This document shows, piece after piece, positions 13,298 through 24,419 of a stretch of DNA of 64,000 bases. This DNA comes from an uncultured Pelagibacteraceae bacterium (GTDB lineage: Bacteria > Pseudomonadota > Alphaproteobacteria > Pelagibacterales > AG-422-B15). The first letter of the stretch is position 1, and each line of letters opens with the position of its first letter. The notes beneath the pieces were generated by a model. It ran no database searches, had not been told where the DNA came from, and saw only the letters and a program-made list of their open reading frames with translations. The translations under genes and the position numbers were made by a program. The stretch lies in NCBI GenBank assembly GCA_902518955.1, contig CABYIR010000005.1:3557-67556 (forward strand), given 5' to 3'.

Positions 13298-13696
13298 ATG
13301 TCATTACAAGATCCATTAGCAGATTTGTTTAGTCGAATTCGAAATGCGCAACTAAGAAAGAAAAAAGTTGTTACTTCTCCTCTATCTAAGATGAGAGAAA
13401 GTATTTTAGAGGTACTAAAAAATGAAGGTTATATTAGAGGATACGCAAGAACAAAACATCCTTCGGGAAGAGAAGAGTTAGACATCGAATTAAAATACGA
13501 TGAAAGCGGTCCAGTTATATCTAATATTACAAGAATATCAAAACCTGGAAGAAGAGTTTATTCTGGTGTTGAAAGAATTCCATTTGTTCATAATGGTTTG
13601 GGTATATCAATTATTTCAACTTCTCAAGGTGTAATGTCAGATACTGATGCTAGAGAAAAGAAAATTGGTGGAGAAATTATCTGTAGAGTATTTTAA
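13298..13696 (+). CDS. rpsH: 30S ribosomal protein S8
   Basis: DPLAD..RIRNA; SKPGRRVY; GGE. Confidence 0.99.
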   Translation: MSLQDPLADLFSRIRNAQLRKKKVVTSPLSKMRESILEVLKNEGYIRGYARTKHPSGREELDIELKYDESGPVISNITRISKPGRRVYSGVERIPFVHNGLGISIISTSQGVMSDTDAREKKIGGEIICRVF

Positions 13697-13698
13697 TT

Positions 13699-14232
13699 AT
13701 GTCAAGAATTGGTTCTAAAGAAATAATAATTCCAGATAACGTAAAAGTATCTATTGAGGGAGGCTCTATATTTGCTGAAGGACCCCTTGGTAAGCTTGAG
13801 ACAAAACTGCATGACTCGATATCAACTGATCTTTCTGAAAATAAAATTTCTTTTTCAGTAAAAAAAGAAAGTAAGCAAGCTCTTGCATTTTGGGGACTAC
13901 AAAGAAATTTAGTAAATAATCTTGTTATTGGTGTTTCGACAGGTTTTTCGAAAAAGCTAGAAATGAATGGAGTAGGTTACAGAGCATCTATGAAAGGTAA
14001 AGATCTTGAATTATTACTTGGTTTTAGTCATCCTATTATTTACCCAATTCCTGAAGGAATTAAAGTGACAGTTGATAAGCAAAATAATATTGAGATTTCT
14101 GGTGCTAGTAAACAACTTGTTGGACAGGTAGCTTCAGAGATTAGGAGCTTTAGAGGTCCTGAACCCTATAAAGGTAAGGGCGTGAAATACGCTGATGAAT
14201 ATATTAATAGAAAAGAAGGAAAGAAAAAGTAA
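13699..14232 (+). CDS. rplF: 50S ribosomal protein L6
   Basis: MSRIG; GVGYRA; PEPYKGKG. Confidence 0.99.
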   Translation: MSRIGSKEIIIPDNVKVSIEGGSIFAEGPLGKLETKLHDSISTDLSENKISFSVKKESKQALAFWGLQRNLVNNLVIGVSTGFSKKLEMNGVGYRASMKGKDLELLLGFSHPIIYPIPEGIKVTVDKQNNIEISGASKQLVGQVASEIRSFRGPEPYKGKGVKYADEYINRKEGKKK

Positions 14233-14579
14233 TGCTTTCTAAAGGTAAAGAAAAAAGATCTAGAAGAAATAGATATAGATTAAAAAAAGCCAATAAATCT
14301 GGCTTAAGACTATCTGTATTTAAGTCCTCAAAGCATCTTTATGCTCAAGTCATAGATGATGACAAAGGAGTCACTCTTTGCAGTGTATCTACAGTTAAAA
14401 TGCCAAAAAATAAGAATTCTTGTAACATAGCCAACGCAAAGTTGATTGGTGAACAGATAGGTAAAGTTGCAGTTGATAAAGGTGTTTCTAAACTATATTT
14501 GGATCGTGGACCAAACATTTACCACGGTATCGTTAAAACAATCGCTGATACTGTAAGATCAGCTGGACTTAAATTTTAG
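14232..14579 (+). CDS. rplR: 50S ribosomal protein L18
   Basis: RLSVFKS.KH.YAQVIDD; DRG..YHG; GLKF. Confidence 0.97.
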   Translation: MLSKGKEKRSRRNRYRLKKANKSGLRLSVFKSSKHLYAQVIDDDKGVTLCSVSTVKMPKNKNSCNIANAKLIGEQIGKVAVDKGVSKLYLDRGPNIYHGIVKTIADTVRSAGLKF

Positions 14580-14587
14580 GAATAAAT

Positions 14588-15109
14588 ATGGCTTACGCGC
14601 AAAAAAATAAAGAACAAAAATCAGATTTAAAAGAAAAATTAGTTGCGATTAATCGTGTAACAAAGGTTGTTAAAGGTGGAAGAAGATTTGGTTTCGCAGC
14701 TTTAGTTGTTGCTGGAGATGAATCTGGAAAAGTTGGCTTTGGACACGGCAAAGCTAAAGAAGTTCCTGAAGCAATAAAAAAAGCAACAGAATCTGCAAAG
14801 AAAAGCTTAGTAAGAATTCCACTAAGGGAAGGCAGAACTCTTCATCATGATATTATTGGTATACATGGAGCTAGTAAAGTTGTTATGAGATCAGCACCAT
14901 CAGGAACAGGAATAATTGCAGGAGGATCTGTACGAGCAGTTTTTGAACTACTTGGTATTCAGGATATTGTTGCAAAATCAATTGGAAGTGCAAACCCATA
15001 CAATATTATTAGAGCGGCTGTAGATGGCCTGAAGCAGCAAAAGTCTCCAAAAATGGTTGCTAATCGGAGGAGTAAGAAAGTATCTGCTATTACATCTGGT
15101 AGAGAGTAA
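14588..15109 (+). CDS. rpsE: 30S ribosomal protein S5
   Basis: [12 protein letters not shown]; GTGIIAGG. Confidence 0.99.
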   Translation: MAYAQKNKEQKSDLKEKLVAINRVTKVVKGGRRFGFAALVVAGDESGKVGFGHGKAKEVPEAIKKATESAKKSLVRIPLREGRTLHHDIIGIHGASKVVMRSAPSGTGIIAGGSVRAVFELLGIQDIVAKSIGSANPYNIIRAAVDGLKQQKSPKMVANRRSKKVSAITSGRE

Positions 15110-15119
15110 GGTTTTTATT

Positions 15120-15305
15120 ATGAGCGATAAGAAAATAAAAATAATTTTAAAGAGGAGTTCCATTGGCTCAAAAAAGAATCAAATTGCCTCATTAAGAGGT
15201 CTTGGACTTCGTAAGACAAACAGTTCTGTAATAAGAGACTCAAGTCCAGAGGTTCTCGGTATGATTAAGGTGGTTAACCATCTTGTAAATGTTGAGGAGA
15301 TGTAG
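15120..15305 (+). CDS. rpmD: 50S ribosomal protein L30
   Basis: S.IG...LRGLGL...GMI.VV.HLV; ATG at 15120. Confidence 0.96.
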   Translation: MSDKKIKIILKRSSIGSKKNQIASLRGLGLRKTNSSVIRDSSPEVLGMIKVVNHLVNVEEM

Positions 15306-15307
15306 CA

Positions 15308-15775
15308 ATGAAGTTGAATGAATTAAAGAGATTAAAATCGACTACTAAAAATGTTAAAAGAGTCGGAAGAGGTATAGGTTCAGGAAAAGGAAAAACATCT
15401 GGAAGCGGCCACAAGGGTCAAAAAGCTAGATCAGGTGTTGCAATTAATGGATTTGAAGGTGGACAGATGCCATTACATAGAAGACTTCCAAAATTTGGAT
15501 TTAATAACGTGAATAAAACTAGGTATGTTGAATTAAATCTAGAAGATCTTCAAAGTATTATTAATAAGAATAAAATTAATGAAGATCAAACAATTACTAT
15601 AAAACTCCTTAAAGATCTTTCAATTATCAAAAACAAAAATTCTCAAAAATTAAAAATACTTGGTAGAGGAAATTTGATTTCAAAGAATCCTATTGAATGC
15701 GCGAAGATTTCTAAATCTGCTCAAATAAAGTTAGAAAAGTTAGGGAATAATCTTAATATTAGTGAAAAGAGTTAA
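15308..15775 (+). CDS. rplO: 50S ribosomal protein L15
   Basis: RVGRGIGSGKGKT; GFEGGQMPL.RRLPKFGF. Confidence 0.99.
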   Translation: MKLNELKRLKSTTKNVKRVGRGIGSGKGKTSGSGHKGQKARSGVAINGFEGGQMPLHRRLPKFGFNNVNKTRYVELNLEDLQSIINKNKINEDQTITIKLLKDLSIIKNKNSQKLKILGRGNLISKNPIECAKISKSAQIKLEKLGNNLNISEKS

Positions 15776-15780
15776 GTCTT

Positions 15781-17112
15781 ATGGCCTCAGCCGCTGAAAA
15801 ACTTGCCGCCAATTTTAACTTCAGTGTATTTAGTCAAGCTACTGAGTTAAAAAGAAGAATATGGTTCACTTTAGGAGCATTAATCGTATATCGGTTTGGC
15901 ACATATGTTCCTCTGCCTGGAATTGATGTTGAACAGTTAAAGTTGCTAGTTGAAACAAACCAGAGTGGAATTCTAGGTATGTTTGATGTTTTCGCTGGTG
16001 GAGCAATCAGTCGAATGGCAATCTTTGCTCTTGGGATAATGCCATACATTTCTGCAGCAATTATTATGCAGCTAATGACAAGTGTATCTCCGCATATAGC
16101 AAGTCTTAAAAAAGAAGGTACACCCGGTAGACAAAAAATAACTCAATATACTCGATATGGAACTGTTATACTTGCTTTACTGCAAGGCTATGGAATATCT
16201 GTTGGTTTAGAATCTGCAGGAAAAATTGTTACGGACCCAGGTCTCTTTTTTAGATTATCAACGACAATTACTCTTACAGGCGGCACTGTATTCTTAATGT
16301 GGCTTGGAGAACAGGTGACTAGCAGAGGAATTGGTAATGGTATATCGTTAATAATCTTCTCTGGTATCGTAGCAGAAATCCCAAGCGCATTAATAAACAC
16401 TTTAACACTTGGGCGACAAGGCACTATTTCAACTATTACTCTCGTGTTACTTCTCTTATTGATTGTAGCGGTGGTAATTTTTATTGTCTTTATGGAAAGA
16501 GCTCAAAGAAGATTAATTGTTCAGTACCCTAAAAGACAAGTTGGAAATAAAATGTACTCAGGAGATTCAACACATTTACCTCTTAAGCTTAATACAGCTG
16601 GAGTAATACCTGCAATTTTTGCATCTTCAATATTATTATTACCAATTACAATTGCTAACTTCAATCTTTCTGCAGAACAAAGTTGGCTGACAGATATAGC
16701 GGCTTATCTTGGAAGAGGCCAGCCTGCTTACATGCTACTTTATGCATCTGCAATAATATTTTTTGCTTTTTTTTATACATCAATTGTTTTCAATCCCACT
16801 GAAACTGCTGATAATTTAAAAAGACAAGGTGGGTTTATACCTGGAATTAGACCTGGAGAGAAGACCGCAGAGTATATTGACTTCGTTTTATCTAGAATTA
16901 CAACTATTGGCGCAGCATATTTAGCATTCGTATGTATACTTCCTGAAATCTTAATTTCACAATACTCCATACCGTTTTATCTTGGAGGTACATCATTACT
17001 CATTGTGGTTGTGGTCGGTATGGATACAATAGGTCAAGTACAAAGCCATCTGTTTGCATATCAGTATGAAGCTTTAATTAAAAAATCAAAATTACGCGGC
17101 AATAGACGATGA
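15781..17112 (+). CDS. secY: Preprotein translocase subunit SecY
   Basis: FALGIMPYI, GIGNGISL, IPGIRPG, GGTSLLI; multiple TM segments. Confidence 0.99.
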   Translation: MASAAEKLAANFNFSVFSQATELKRRIWFTLGALIVYRFGTYVPLPGIDVEQLKLLVETNQSGILGMFDVFAGGAISRMAIFALGIMPYISAAIIMQLMTSVSPHIASLKKEGTPGRQKITQYTRYGTVILALLQGYGISVGLESAGKIVTDPGLFFRLSTTITLTGGTVFLMWLGEQVTSRGIGNGISLIIFSGIVAEIPSALINTLTLGRQGTISTITLVLLLLLIVAVVIFIVFMERAQRRLIVQYPKRQVGNKMYSGDSTHLPLKLNTAGVIPAIFASSILLLPITIANFNLSAEQSWLTDIAAYLGRGQPAYMLLYASAIIFFAFFYTSIVFNPTETADNLKRQGGFIPGIRPGEKTAEYIDFVLSRITTIGAAYLAFVCILPEILISQYSIPFYLGGTSLLIVVVVGMDTIGQVQSHLFAYQYEALIKKSKLRGNRR

Positions 17113-17678
17113 ATATATTACTTTTCGGCCCACCTGGTGCTGGAAAAGGTACCCAGGCAAAATTAATTTGTAAAAAATTTAGCTTAGACCATGTTTCTAC
17201 AGGAGATATCTTGAGAAATGAAATTTTAAGAGGCAGTAAACTTGGGGTAACTGCAAAACAAATAATAGACTCAGGACATTTAGTATCTGATGAGATCATT
17301 ATTGATATAATTAAAATTCGCTTAGCTGAAATTAAAAAAAACAATAAAAATTTTCTTCTTGATGGATTCCCTAGATCAATTAATCAAGCAAATCTTCTAT
17401 CGAGTATTATGGAAGAATTAGAAATTATACTTAATGCTGCAATATTAATTGATGTAGAACAGCCTGTTCTCATAAATCGTATTATAAACCGCAAAAATAC
17501 TGAAGGTAGAGAGGATGATAGCGAAGAGGTCTTAGCGTCACGATTAAAAGTTTATTATGATCAAACAGCCCCATTAATACAATTCTATAAAGATTTAAAT
17601 TTACTTAAGTGGGTTAATGGAGTAGGTGAAATTAGTGATATAAATCAACAAATTAACTCAATTATGGAGCAACTTTAA
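17109..17678 (+). CDS. adk: Adenylate kinase (short-LID type)
   Basis: GPPGAGKGTQA, LLDGFPR, short R..GREDD LID. Confidence 0.97.
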   Translation: MNILLFGPPGAGKGTQAKLICKKFSLDHVSTGDILRNEILRGSKLGVTAKQIIDSGHLVSDEIIIDIIKIRLAEIKKNNKNFLLDGFPRSINQANLLSSIMEELEIILNAAILIDVEQPVLINRIINRKNTEGREDDSEEVLASRLKVYYDQTAPLIQFYKDLNLLKWVNGVGEISDINQQINSIMEQL

Positions 17679-17681
17679 TGC

Positions 17682-17715
17682 TTGACCAATTGTTTAATAA
17701 TCATATAATCCGGCC
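17682..17715 (+). promoter_or_regulatory. Putative sigma70 promoter of the alpha operon
   Basis: TTGACC (17682-17687), 16-nt spacer, TATAAT (17704-17709), then CCGGCC. Confidence 0.75.
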
Positions 17716-17745
17716 ATCTTTCAATTCAATTAATAGGAATATACT

Positions 17746-18123
17746 GTGGCAAGAATAGCTGGTGTCAACATACCTTCACAGAAAAAACTTGGTGTTGCAC
17801 TTACCTATGTTTATGGCATTGGAAGTAAGTTTTCAGTTGATGTATGTAAGCAGGCAAATGTAGATTGGAATTCAAGAGTTAATGATTTATCAGAATCAGA
17901 AATTAAAAGTATTAGTGATGTTATCTCATCCTCTTATACCGTTGAGGGTGATTTAAGGAGAGAAATATCTGCTAATATTAAAAGATTAAAAGATCTTGGA
18001 ACATACAAGGGAACTAGACATAGAAAAAATCTTCCAGCGAGAGGACAAAGAACACACACAAACGCAAGAACAAAAAAAGGAAAAGCTATTGCTATCGCTG
18101 GAAAGAAAAAGGTTACTAAATAA
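17746..18123 (+). CDS. rpsM: 30S ribosomal protein S13
   Basis: [10 protein letters not shown]; [11 protein letters not shown]; GTG start with AGGA SD. Confidence 0.99.
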   Translation: MARIAGVNIPSQKKLGVALTYVYGIGSKFSVDVCKQANVDWNSRVNDLSESEIKSISDVISSSYTVEGDLRREISANIKRLKDLGTYKGTRHRKNLPARGQRTHTNARTKKGKAIAIAGKKKVTK

Positions 18124-18512
18124 TGGCAGATAAAAAAGTTATAAAAAAAAAGAAGCAAAAGAAAAATATTATTTCTGGTCTAGCTTATATTAGTGCAACA
18201 TTTAATAATACAATGGTCACTATTACTGATGAACAGGGAAATAGTATTGCGTGGTCATCAGCAGGAGTTAAAGGTTTCAAAGGTTCTAGAAAATCAACTC
18301 CTTATGCTGCTCAAATCGCCGCAGAAGATGCTGGCAATAAAGCAAAGGAATTTGGGCTTAAGAATTTACAGGTATTTGTAAAAGGTCCTGGTGGTGGAAG
18401 AGAGTCAGCTCTCAGAGCCTTACAGGCTGTAGGTTTTTATATTACTTCAATTAAAGACACTACACCTATTCCACACAATGGATGTCGACCACCAAAAAAG
18501 AGAAGAGTTTAA
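18123..18512 (+). CDS. rpsK: 30S ribosomal protein S11
   Basis: [11 protein letters not shown]; [12 protein letters not shown]. Confidence 0.99.
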   Translation: MADKKVIKKKKQKKNIISGLAYISATFNNTMVTITDEQGNSIAWSSAGVKGFKGSRKSTPYAAQIAAEDAGNKAKEFGLKNLQVFVKGPGGGRESALRALQAVGFYITSIKDTTPIPHNGCRPPKKRRV

Positions 18513-18540
18513 TTAATTTTATTAATAGGAAGAAAAGTAT

Positions 18541-19563
18541 ATGAGTATAATTAATAATTGGCAGGCACTCATTAAACCGTCAAAACTAAAACTTACTCCT
18601 GACGAAGACTCAAGTTTTAAAGCTACATTAACAGCTGAACCACTTGAACGCGGATTTGGTCTTACATTAGGAAATGCTCTAAGAAGAGTATTGTTGTCTT
18701 CATTACAGGGTACAGCAGTAACAGCAATTAAGATTGACAATGTTCTTCATGAATTTTCTTCAATTAATGGTGTAAGAGAAGACGTAACTGACATTGTATT
18801 AAATGTTAAATCTCTTGCACTTAATATGCACTCTGAAGGTGTTAGAAAAATGTCTTTGAATGTTACAGGTCCAGGCGAGATTACAGCAGGTATGATTAAT
18901 ACACCTTCTGAGATTGATATCATTAACCCTGAACTTGTAATTTGCAATCTTGATGACAACACAGAATTTAATATGGAGCTTACGGTTGCTAAAGGTAAGG
19001 GATATGTTGCCGCTGAACACAATAAAGTTGAAGAGTCGGCAATCGGTGTAATTCCTATTGATTCAATTTTTAGTCCAGTTAAACAAGTGTCATACAATAT
19101 TGAAAACACTCGTGAGGGAAAAGTTCTCGATTATGATAAGTTAACTATGACAATTGAGACTAATGGCTCTGTGACACCCGAAGATGCCCTTGCATTTGCT
19201 GCTCGTATAATTCAAGATCAACTTCAGTCATTTATTAACTTTGAAGAGCCAGAAGAAACAGTTGTTGAACCTGATGCTCTTGAACCTCAATTTAATAAAA
19301 ATCTATTAAGAAAAGTTGAAGAACTTGAGTTATCAGTTAGGTCAATGAATTGCCTTAGAAATGATAATATTATCTATATTGGTGACCTAGTGCAAAAAAG
19401 TGAGATAGAAATGTTAAGGACACCTAACTTTGGTCGTAAGTCATTAAATGAAATTAAGGAAGTTCTAGGAGTGATGTCGTTATACTTAGGAATGGAAGTT
19501 CCTAATTGGCCACCAGAAAATATTGAAGAATTAGCAAGAAAAATTGAGGATCCGTATAATTAA
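18541..19563 (+). CDS. rpoA: RNA polymerase alpha subunit
   Basis: [16 protein letters not shown]; ELSVRS.NCL; NFGRKSL. Confidence 0.99.
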   Translation: MSIINNWQALIKPSKLKLTPDEDSSFKATLTAEPLERGFGLTLGNALRRVLLSSLQGTAVTAIKIDNVLHEFSSINGVREDVTDIVLNVKSLALNMHSEGVRKMSLNVTGPGEITAGMINTPSEIDIINPELVICNLDDNTEFNMELTVAKGKGYVAAEHNKVEESAIGVIPIDSIFSPVKQVSYNIENTREGKVLDYDKLTMTIETNGSVTPEDALAFAARIIQDQLQSFINFEEPEETVVEPDALEPQFNKNLLRKVEELELSVRSMNCLRNDNIIYIGDLVQKSEIEMLRTPNFGRKSLNEIKEVLGVMSLYLGMEVPNWPPENIEELARKIEDPYN

Positions 19564-19565
19564 AA

Positions 19566-19952
19566 ATGAGACACGGTGTAGCTAATAGAAAACTTAATAG
19601 AACTTCATCCCATCGATTAGCGATGCTTGAAAACATGGCAGTGTCACTTATCAAAAATGAAACGATTAAAACAACTCTTCCAAAAGCCAAAGAGCTCAGA
19701 CCTTTTGTTGAAAAAATAATCACGCTTGGTAAGAAAAATAAGGAGTCCTCAAGAAGCAGTGCTTATAATACTCTTCAAGATAAAGAAGCTGTAGCAAAAG
19801 TCTTCAAAGAGCTTTCAGTAAGATATAAAGATAGAAATGGTGGCTACTGTAGAATTGTTAAGGCAGGCTTTAGAACAGGCGATAATGCACCAATGGCTTT
19901 TATACAACTTTTAGATCAAGACCAAAGCCCAGAAGTAAGTAAAACCAAATAA
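19566..19952 (+). CDS. rplQ: 50S ribosomal protein L17
   Basis: MRH...RKLNRT; TTLPKAKE; R.GDNAPMA. Confidence 0.99.
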   Translation: MRHGVANRKLNRTSSHRLAMLENMAVSLIKNETIKTTLPKAKELRPFVEKIITLGKKNKESSRSSAYNTLQDKEAVAKVFKELSVRYKDRNGGYCRIVKAGFRTGDNAPMAFIQLLDQDQSPEVSKTK

Positions 19953-19982
19953 TACTGGCCTTTACTTGATCATTGTTGATCT

Positions 19983-20870
19983 ATGGCAAGCGTTCCAAAT
20001 AAAATTTTGATTTCTTCTCAACACGATGATGTGAGGCTGGACAACTTTTTATCAAAAGAATTTCTTTTACCAAAAAATTTGATTTACAAAGAAATAAGAA
20101 AAGGAAATATAAAGGTTAATAAGAAGAAGAAAAAATATTCTTATAGACTTAAAAGCAATGATGAGATTTCAATTTATGGTAATTATGAATTTGACATTAT
20201 TGAGCAAAAGCCAATACCCAAAAGTTACATTAAAAAATTTAATGACGCTATAATTTTTAAAGATCAGAATTATATAGTTTTAAATAAGTGGGCTGGAATA
20301 TCATCACAATCTGGTACAAAGGTAGACATAAGTATAGATGATATAGCTTCTCAAATAAGTTTTGATAATAAAAAACTTCACCTTGTTCATAGACTGGATA
20401 AGGATACAAGTGGATTACTCATATTAGCCCTTGATATTAAAACAAGTCGTTTTTTCCTAGATGTATTTTCAAGCCAAAAAATTAAAAAAACATATTTTGC
20501 AATAGTTCAGAATAAAGAAAAGATGAAGACTCGAGGTACCATAAATATTCCAATTTTTGACAAAGAAAAAAAATTAGAGGCAAAAACAAATTATAAACTT
20601 GAAAAGAAAATATCGAATAGTTTGAGTTATGTGAGACTTAATCCAAAAACTGGTAGAAAGCATCAATTACGTATTCATTGCTCGGAAAGCAATTTCCCAA
20701 TTCTTGGTGACAAAAAATATTTTCATAAAGATATGCATAATAAATTAAGAGAAAAAAAATTATTTCTGCACGCGGGTGAGATTGAATTTATAGGCCCTAA
20801 CAAAAAATTAGTTAAGTATAATGCGGACCTCCCAGACCATTTTCAAAAGTATTTAGAAAAAATATCGTAG
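19983..20870 (+). CDS. RluA-family pseudouridine synthase with N-terminal S4 domain (RluC-like)
   Basis: RLD.FL S4 start; catalytic VHRLDKDTSG; TGRKHQLRIH; PILGD.KY. Confidence 0.93.
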   Translation: MASVPNKILISSQHDDVRLDNFLSKEFLLPKNLIYKEIRKGNIKVNKKKKKYSYRLKSNDEISIYGNYEFDIIEQKPIPKSYIKKFNDAIIFKDQNYIVLNKWAGISSQSGTKVDISIDDIASQISFDNKKLHLVHRLDKDTSGLLILALDIKTSRFFLDVFSSQKIKKTYFAIVQNKEKMKTRGTINIPIFDKEKKLEAKTNYKLEKKISNSLSYVRLNPKTGRKHQLRIHCSESNFPILGDKKYFHKDMHNKLREKKLFLHAGEIEFIGPNKKLVKYNADLPDHFQKYLEKIS

Positions 20871-20902
20871 TATATTAACATTTTTTTGTTTATTATCAAA
20901 TT

Positions 20903-22435
20903 ATGTCAAACATCATTGATCAATTAGAAAAAAAAAGAAAAGAAGCTAGAGAAGGTGGTGGAAAGAAACGTGTCGCCGCTCAGCATGCAAGAGGCAAGTT
21001 AACAGCTAGAGAAAGAATAGATACGCTTCTAGATGAGAATTCTTTTGAAGAATACGATATGTATGTCGAACATAGAACAAATGATTTCGGCATGGGTAAA
21101 AAAAAGTACGCGGGCGATAGTGTTGTTACCGGAAGTGGTAAAATAAATGGAAAATTAGTTTATGTATTTAGTCAGGATTTTACAGTTTTTGGAGGATCTT
21201 TATCAGAGGCTCATGCAGAAAAAATCTGTAAAATCATGGATATGGCTCTTAAGGTAGGAGCTCCAGTAATTGGAATAAACGATTCTGGTGGTGCCCGAAT
21301 TCAAGAGGGTGTTGCCTCGCTAGCTGGATATGGAGACGTTTTTCAAAAGAATGTTTTAGCATCCGGTGTTATACCGCAGATTTCAGTAATTATGGGACCG
21401 TGTGCAGGTGGCGCAGTTTATTCACCAGCCATGACAGACTTCATTTTTATGGTTAAAGATACATCCTTTATGTTTGTGACCGGACCCGATGTCGTGAAAA
21501 CAGTAACTCAAGAAAACGTAACACAAGAAGAATTGGGTGGAGCAAAAACACATACATCGAAATCTTCTGTTGCGGATGGTGCATTTGCAAATGATATTGA
21601 AACACTTTTTGAAGTTAAGAAGCTCATAGACTTGCTCCCTTCAAACAATAGAGAAAAATCATTAAAGAAAAAAACAGAATATCAGAATCTAAACCCTGAC
21701 TATTCTTTGGATACCCTTGTTCCAGATAATCCGAACAAACCATATGATATGCTAGAGTTAATTACTAAGGTCATTGACAATAGAGATTTTTTTCAAGTTC
21801 AGGAAAATTTTGCTAAAAATATGATTGTAGGATTTGGTAGAGTTGAAGGAAGAACAGTAGGCTTTGTTGCTAATCAGCCATTAGTATTAGCAGGATGTTT
21901 AGATATTGATGCAAGTAAAAAAGCCGCAAGATTTGTTCGGTTTTGTGACTGCTTTAATATTCCATTAGTTACGTTTGTTGATGTACCTGGATTTTTACCT
22001 GGCGTATCTCAAGAACATAATGGAATCATCAAAAATGGTGCAAAATTACTATATGCATATGCGGAGGCAACTGTTCCAAAAATCACAATCATTACGAGAA
22101 AAGCATATGGTGGAGCATACGTAGTGATGGCCTCTAAACATCTAAGAGGAGATATAAACTATGCATGGCCAACCGCAGAAATAGCGGTAATGGGTGCAAA
22201 AGGTGCTGTCGAAATCTTATATAGAAATCAAATTAAAAATGAAAAAGATGCTGAAACTAAGACAGATGAGTATACAAAACAATTTGCTAACCCATTTATT
22301 GCATCTAGTAGAGGATTTATTGATGATGTAATTAAGCCTCAAAACACTAGAAGAAGAATAGCTACAGCTCTAGACAATCTTGAAAATAAAGAATTATCTT
22401 CCCCTTATAAGAAACACGACAACATTCCACTATAG
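20903..22435 (+). CDS. pccB: Propionyl-CoA (acyl-CoA) carboxylase beta subunit
   Basis: [34 protein letters not shown]. Confidence 0.93.
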   Translation: MSNIIDQLEKKRKEAREGGGKKRVAAQHARGKLTARERIDTLLDENSFEEYDMYVEHRTNDFGMGKKKYAGDSVVTGSGKINGKLVYVFSQDFTVFGGSLSEAHAEKICKIMDMALKVGAPVIGINDSGGARIQEGVASLAGYGDVFQKNVLASGVIPQISVIMGPCAGGAVYSPAMTDFIFMVKDTSFMFVTGPDVVKTVTQENVTQEELGGAKTHTSKSSVADGAFANDIETLFEVKKLIDLLPSNNREKSLKKKTEYQNLNPDYSLDTLVPDNPNKPYDMLELITKVIDNRDFFQVQENFAKNMIVGFGRVEGRTVGFVANQPLVLAGCLDIDASKKAARFVRFCDCFNIPLVTFVDVPGFLPGVSQEHNGIIKNGAKLLYAYAEATVPKITIITRKAYGGAYVVMASKHLRGDINYAWPTAEIAVMGAKGAVEILYRNQIKNEKDAETKTDEYTKQFANPFIASSRGFIDDVIKPQNTRRRIATALDNLENKELSSPYKKHDNIPL

Positions 22436-22437
22436 CT

Positions 22438-24417
22438 ATGATAAAAAAAATTCTAATTGCCAATAGAGGTGAAATTGCTTGTCGAATAATTAAAACGGCA
22501 AATAAGATGGGGATCAAAACTGTCGCAGTTTATTCTGAGGCTGATAAATATTCTGATTTTGTAAATATGTCTGATGAATCATATTTTATCGGACCTTCAG
22601 CTCCTAATGAGTCATATCTGGTAATTAAAAAGATAATTGAGATTGCTAAAAAGTCCAAAAGTGACGCTATTCATCCTGGATATGGATTTTTATCAGAAAA
22701 TTATAATTTTGTGAAAGCATTGGAAAAAGAGAAGATCAAATTCATTGGTCCAAATAAAAATGCTATCACAAAAATGGGAGACAAAATTGAGTCTAAAAAT
22801 TTAGCTCTAAAACTAAATTTAAATGTTATTCCAGGACATACAGAAGCTGTGAGAGATCCAAAAAAAGCAATCAAGATTGCAGAAAAAATAGGATTTCCAA
22901 TACTTCTTAAAGCTTCAGCTGGTGGAGGTGGCAAGGGAATGAGGATTGTTAATAAGAGACAAGAATTAGAGTCTAACTTAAAGGCAGCGCAGAGTGAGGC
23001 ATTAAATAGTTTTGGAGATGACAGAGTATTTATTGAAAAATATATAACTAATCCAAGACACATAGAGATTCAAATTCTATGTGACAAACACGGCAATCAA
23101 GTTCATCTAGGTGAACGAGAGTGTTCAATTCAAAGACGGTATCAAAAGGTAATTGAGGAATGTCCATCTTCATTTGTTGATGAAAAATTAAGAAATGCAA
23201 TGGCTGAGCAAGCTTTGAGGCTTGCTAAAGAAGTAAAATATGACTCTGCCGGAACGGTTGAGTTTGTCGTAGACGACAAGAAAAATTTTTATTTTCTAGA
23301 AATGAATACTAGATTGCAGGTAGAACATCCTGTGACTGAACTTGTAACTGGTGTTGATTTAGTCGAACAAATGATAAATTGTGCGGATGGGAAAAAATTA
23401 ATATTATCTCAACAAGATGTAAAACTTAATGGATGGTCTATAGAGTCTAGAATTTATGCTGAAGATCCATTAAAGGAATTTTTACCCTCTATCGGTAGAC
23501 TTATTGAACATCAGGAGCCAAAAATCTCTAATAAAGATGAGATTATAAGAAATGATACAGGCGTTTCAAGTGGCTCAGATATAAGCATATACTATGATCC
23601 AATGATTTCTAAACTTGCTGTGCACGCAGTCAGTCGAGATAAAGCTCTTGATCTTATGATAAGAGCTTTACAACAATATTATATAGAAGGAGTTGATCAT
23701 AATGTAGCATTTCTAATTTCAACGTTGAAGAATAGAGATTTTAGAAGTGGAGATATAAGCACAAATTTTATTAAGTCTAATTATCCTAAAGGCTATACTT
23801 TCAATTACGGACTCAATAGTAATATTTTGATAAAATTTATAAATATAGCATCTCTAATTTTTCTAAAATGTAATCAAGAAAATAAAACAAAAGTTCTTTC
23901 GGTAATAAATGGTTCTGATATTTATAAAATAGAAGTAATTGAATATGCATCAAATAAACAAAATAGTAACCTAATAATAAAAAATAAAACTAAAGAATAT
24001 TCTCTTAAATCAAATTGGACAATTAATGAAAAAGTTATGCAATTAAGTATTAATGATCAGATTGAGTTTGCCAAAATCGATAAGATACATAATTTTAATA
24101 AATACAGTATTACTGTTGAGGATTGTTCATTAGATTTAATTGTATCATCGCCAAATACGGCAAAATTATTTGATTTCATGCCTGAACCAAAATTTGAGGA
24201 TCTTTCCAAAATGCTTATTTCACCTATGCCTGGATTGATAAAAGATATCAGCGTTAAACAAGGTCAAAAAATAAAAAAGGGTGAGCAAATTGTTATTATT
24301 GAAGCTATGAAAATGGAAAATATTCTGAAAAGCGAAAAAGATTGTTTAATCAAAGAGATTCTTGTTAAAGAAGGAGATAGTGTAAGTGCTGATGAGATAC
24401 TTATTAATTTCGAATAG
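22438..24417 (+). CDS. pccA: Propionyl-CoA carboxylase alpha subunit (biotin carboxylase plus carrier domain)
   Basis: IANRGEIA, HPGYGFLSEN, EMNTRLQVEHPVTE, biotin site EAMKM. Confidence 0.92.
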   Translation: MIKKILIANRGEIACRIIKTANKMGIKTVAVYSEADKYSDFVNMSDESYFIGPSAPNESYLVIKKIIEIAKKSKSDAIHPGYGFLSENYNFVKALEKEKIKFIGPNKNAITKMGDKIESKNLALKLNLNVIPGHTEAVRDPKKAIKIAEKIGFPILLKASAGGGGKGMRIVNKRQELESNLKAAQSEALNSFGDDRVFIEKYITNPRHIEIQILCDKHGNQVHLGERECSIQRRYQKVIEECPSSFVDEKLRNAMAEQALRLAKEVKYDSAGTVEFVVDDKKNFYFLEMNTRLQVEHPVTELVTGVDLVEQMINCADGKKLILSQQDVKLNGWSIESRIYAEDPLKEFLPSIGRLIEHQEPKISNKDEIIRNDTGVSSGSDISIYYDPMISKLAVHAVSRDKALDLMIRALQQYYIEGVDHNVAFLISTLKNRDFRSGDISTNFIKSNYPKGYTFNYGLNSNILIKFINIASLIFLKCNQENKTKVLSVINGSDIYKIEVIEYASNKQNSNLIIKNKTKEYSLKSNWTINEKVMQLSINDQIEFAKIDKIHNFNKYSITVEDCSLDLIVSSPNTAKLFDFMPEPKFEDLSKMLISPMPGLIKDISVKQGQKIKKGEQIVIIEAMKMENILKSEKDCLIKEILVKEGDSVSADEILINFE

Positions 24418-24419
24418 CA

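Noticed and set aside
17679-17745. Absence of map/infA/rpmJ between adk and rpsM
   Set aside because: secY-adk-rpsM is the normal alphaproteobacterial arrangement.
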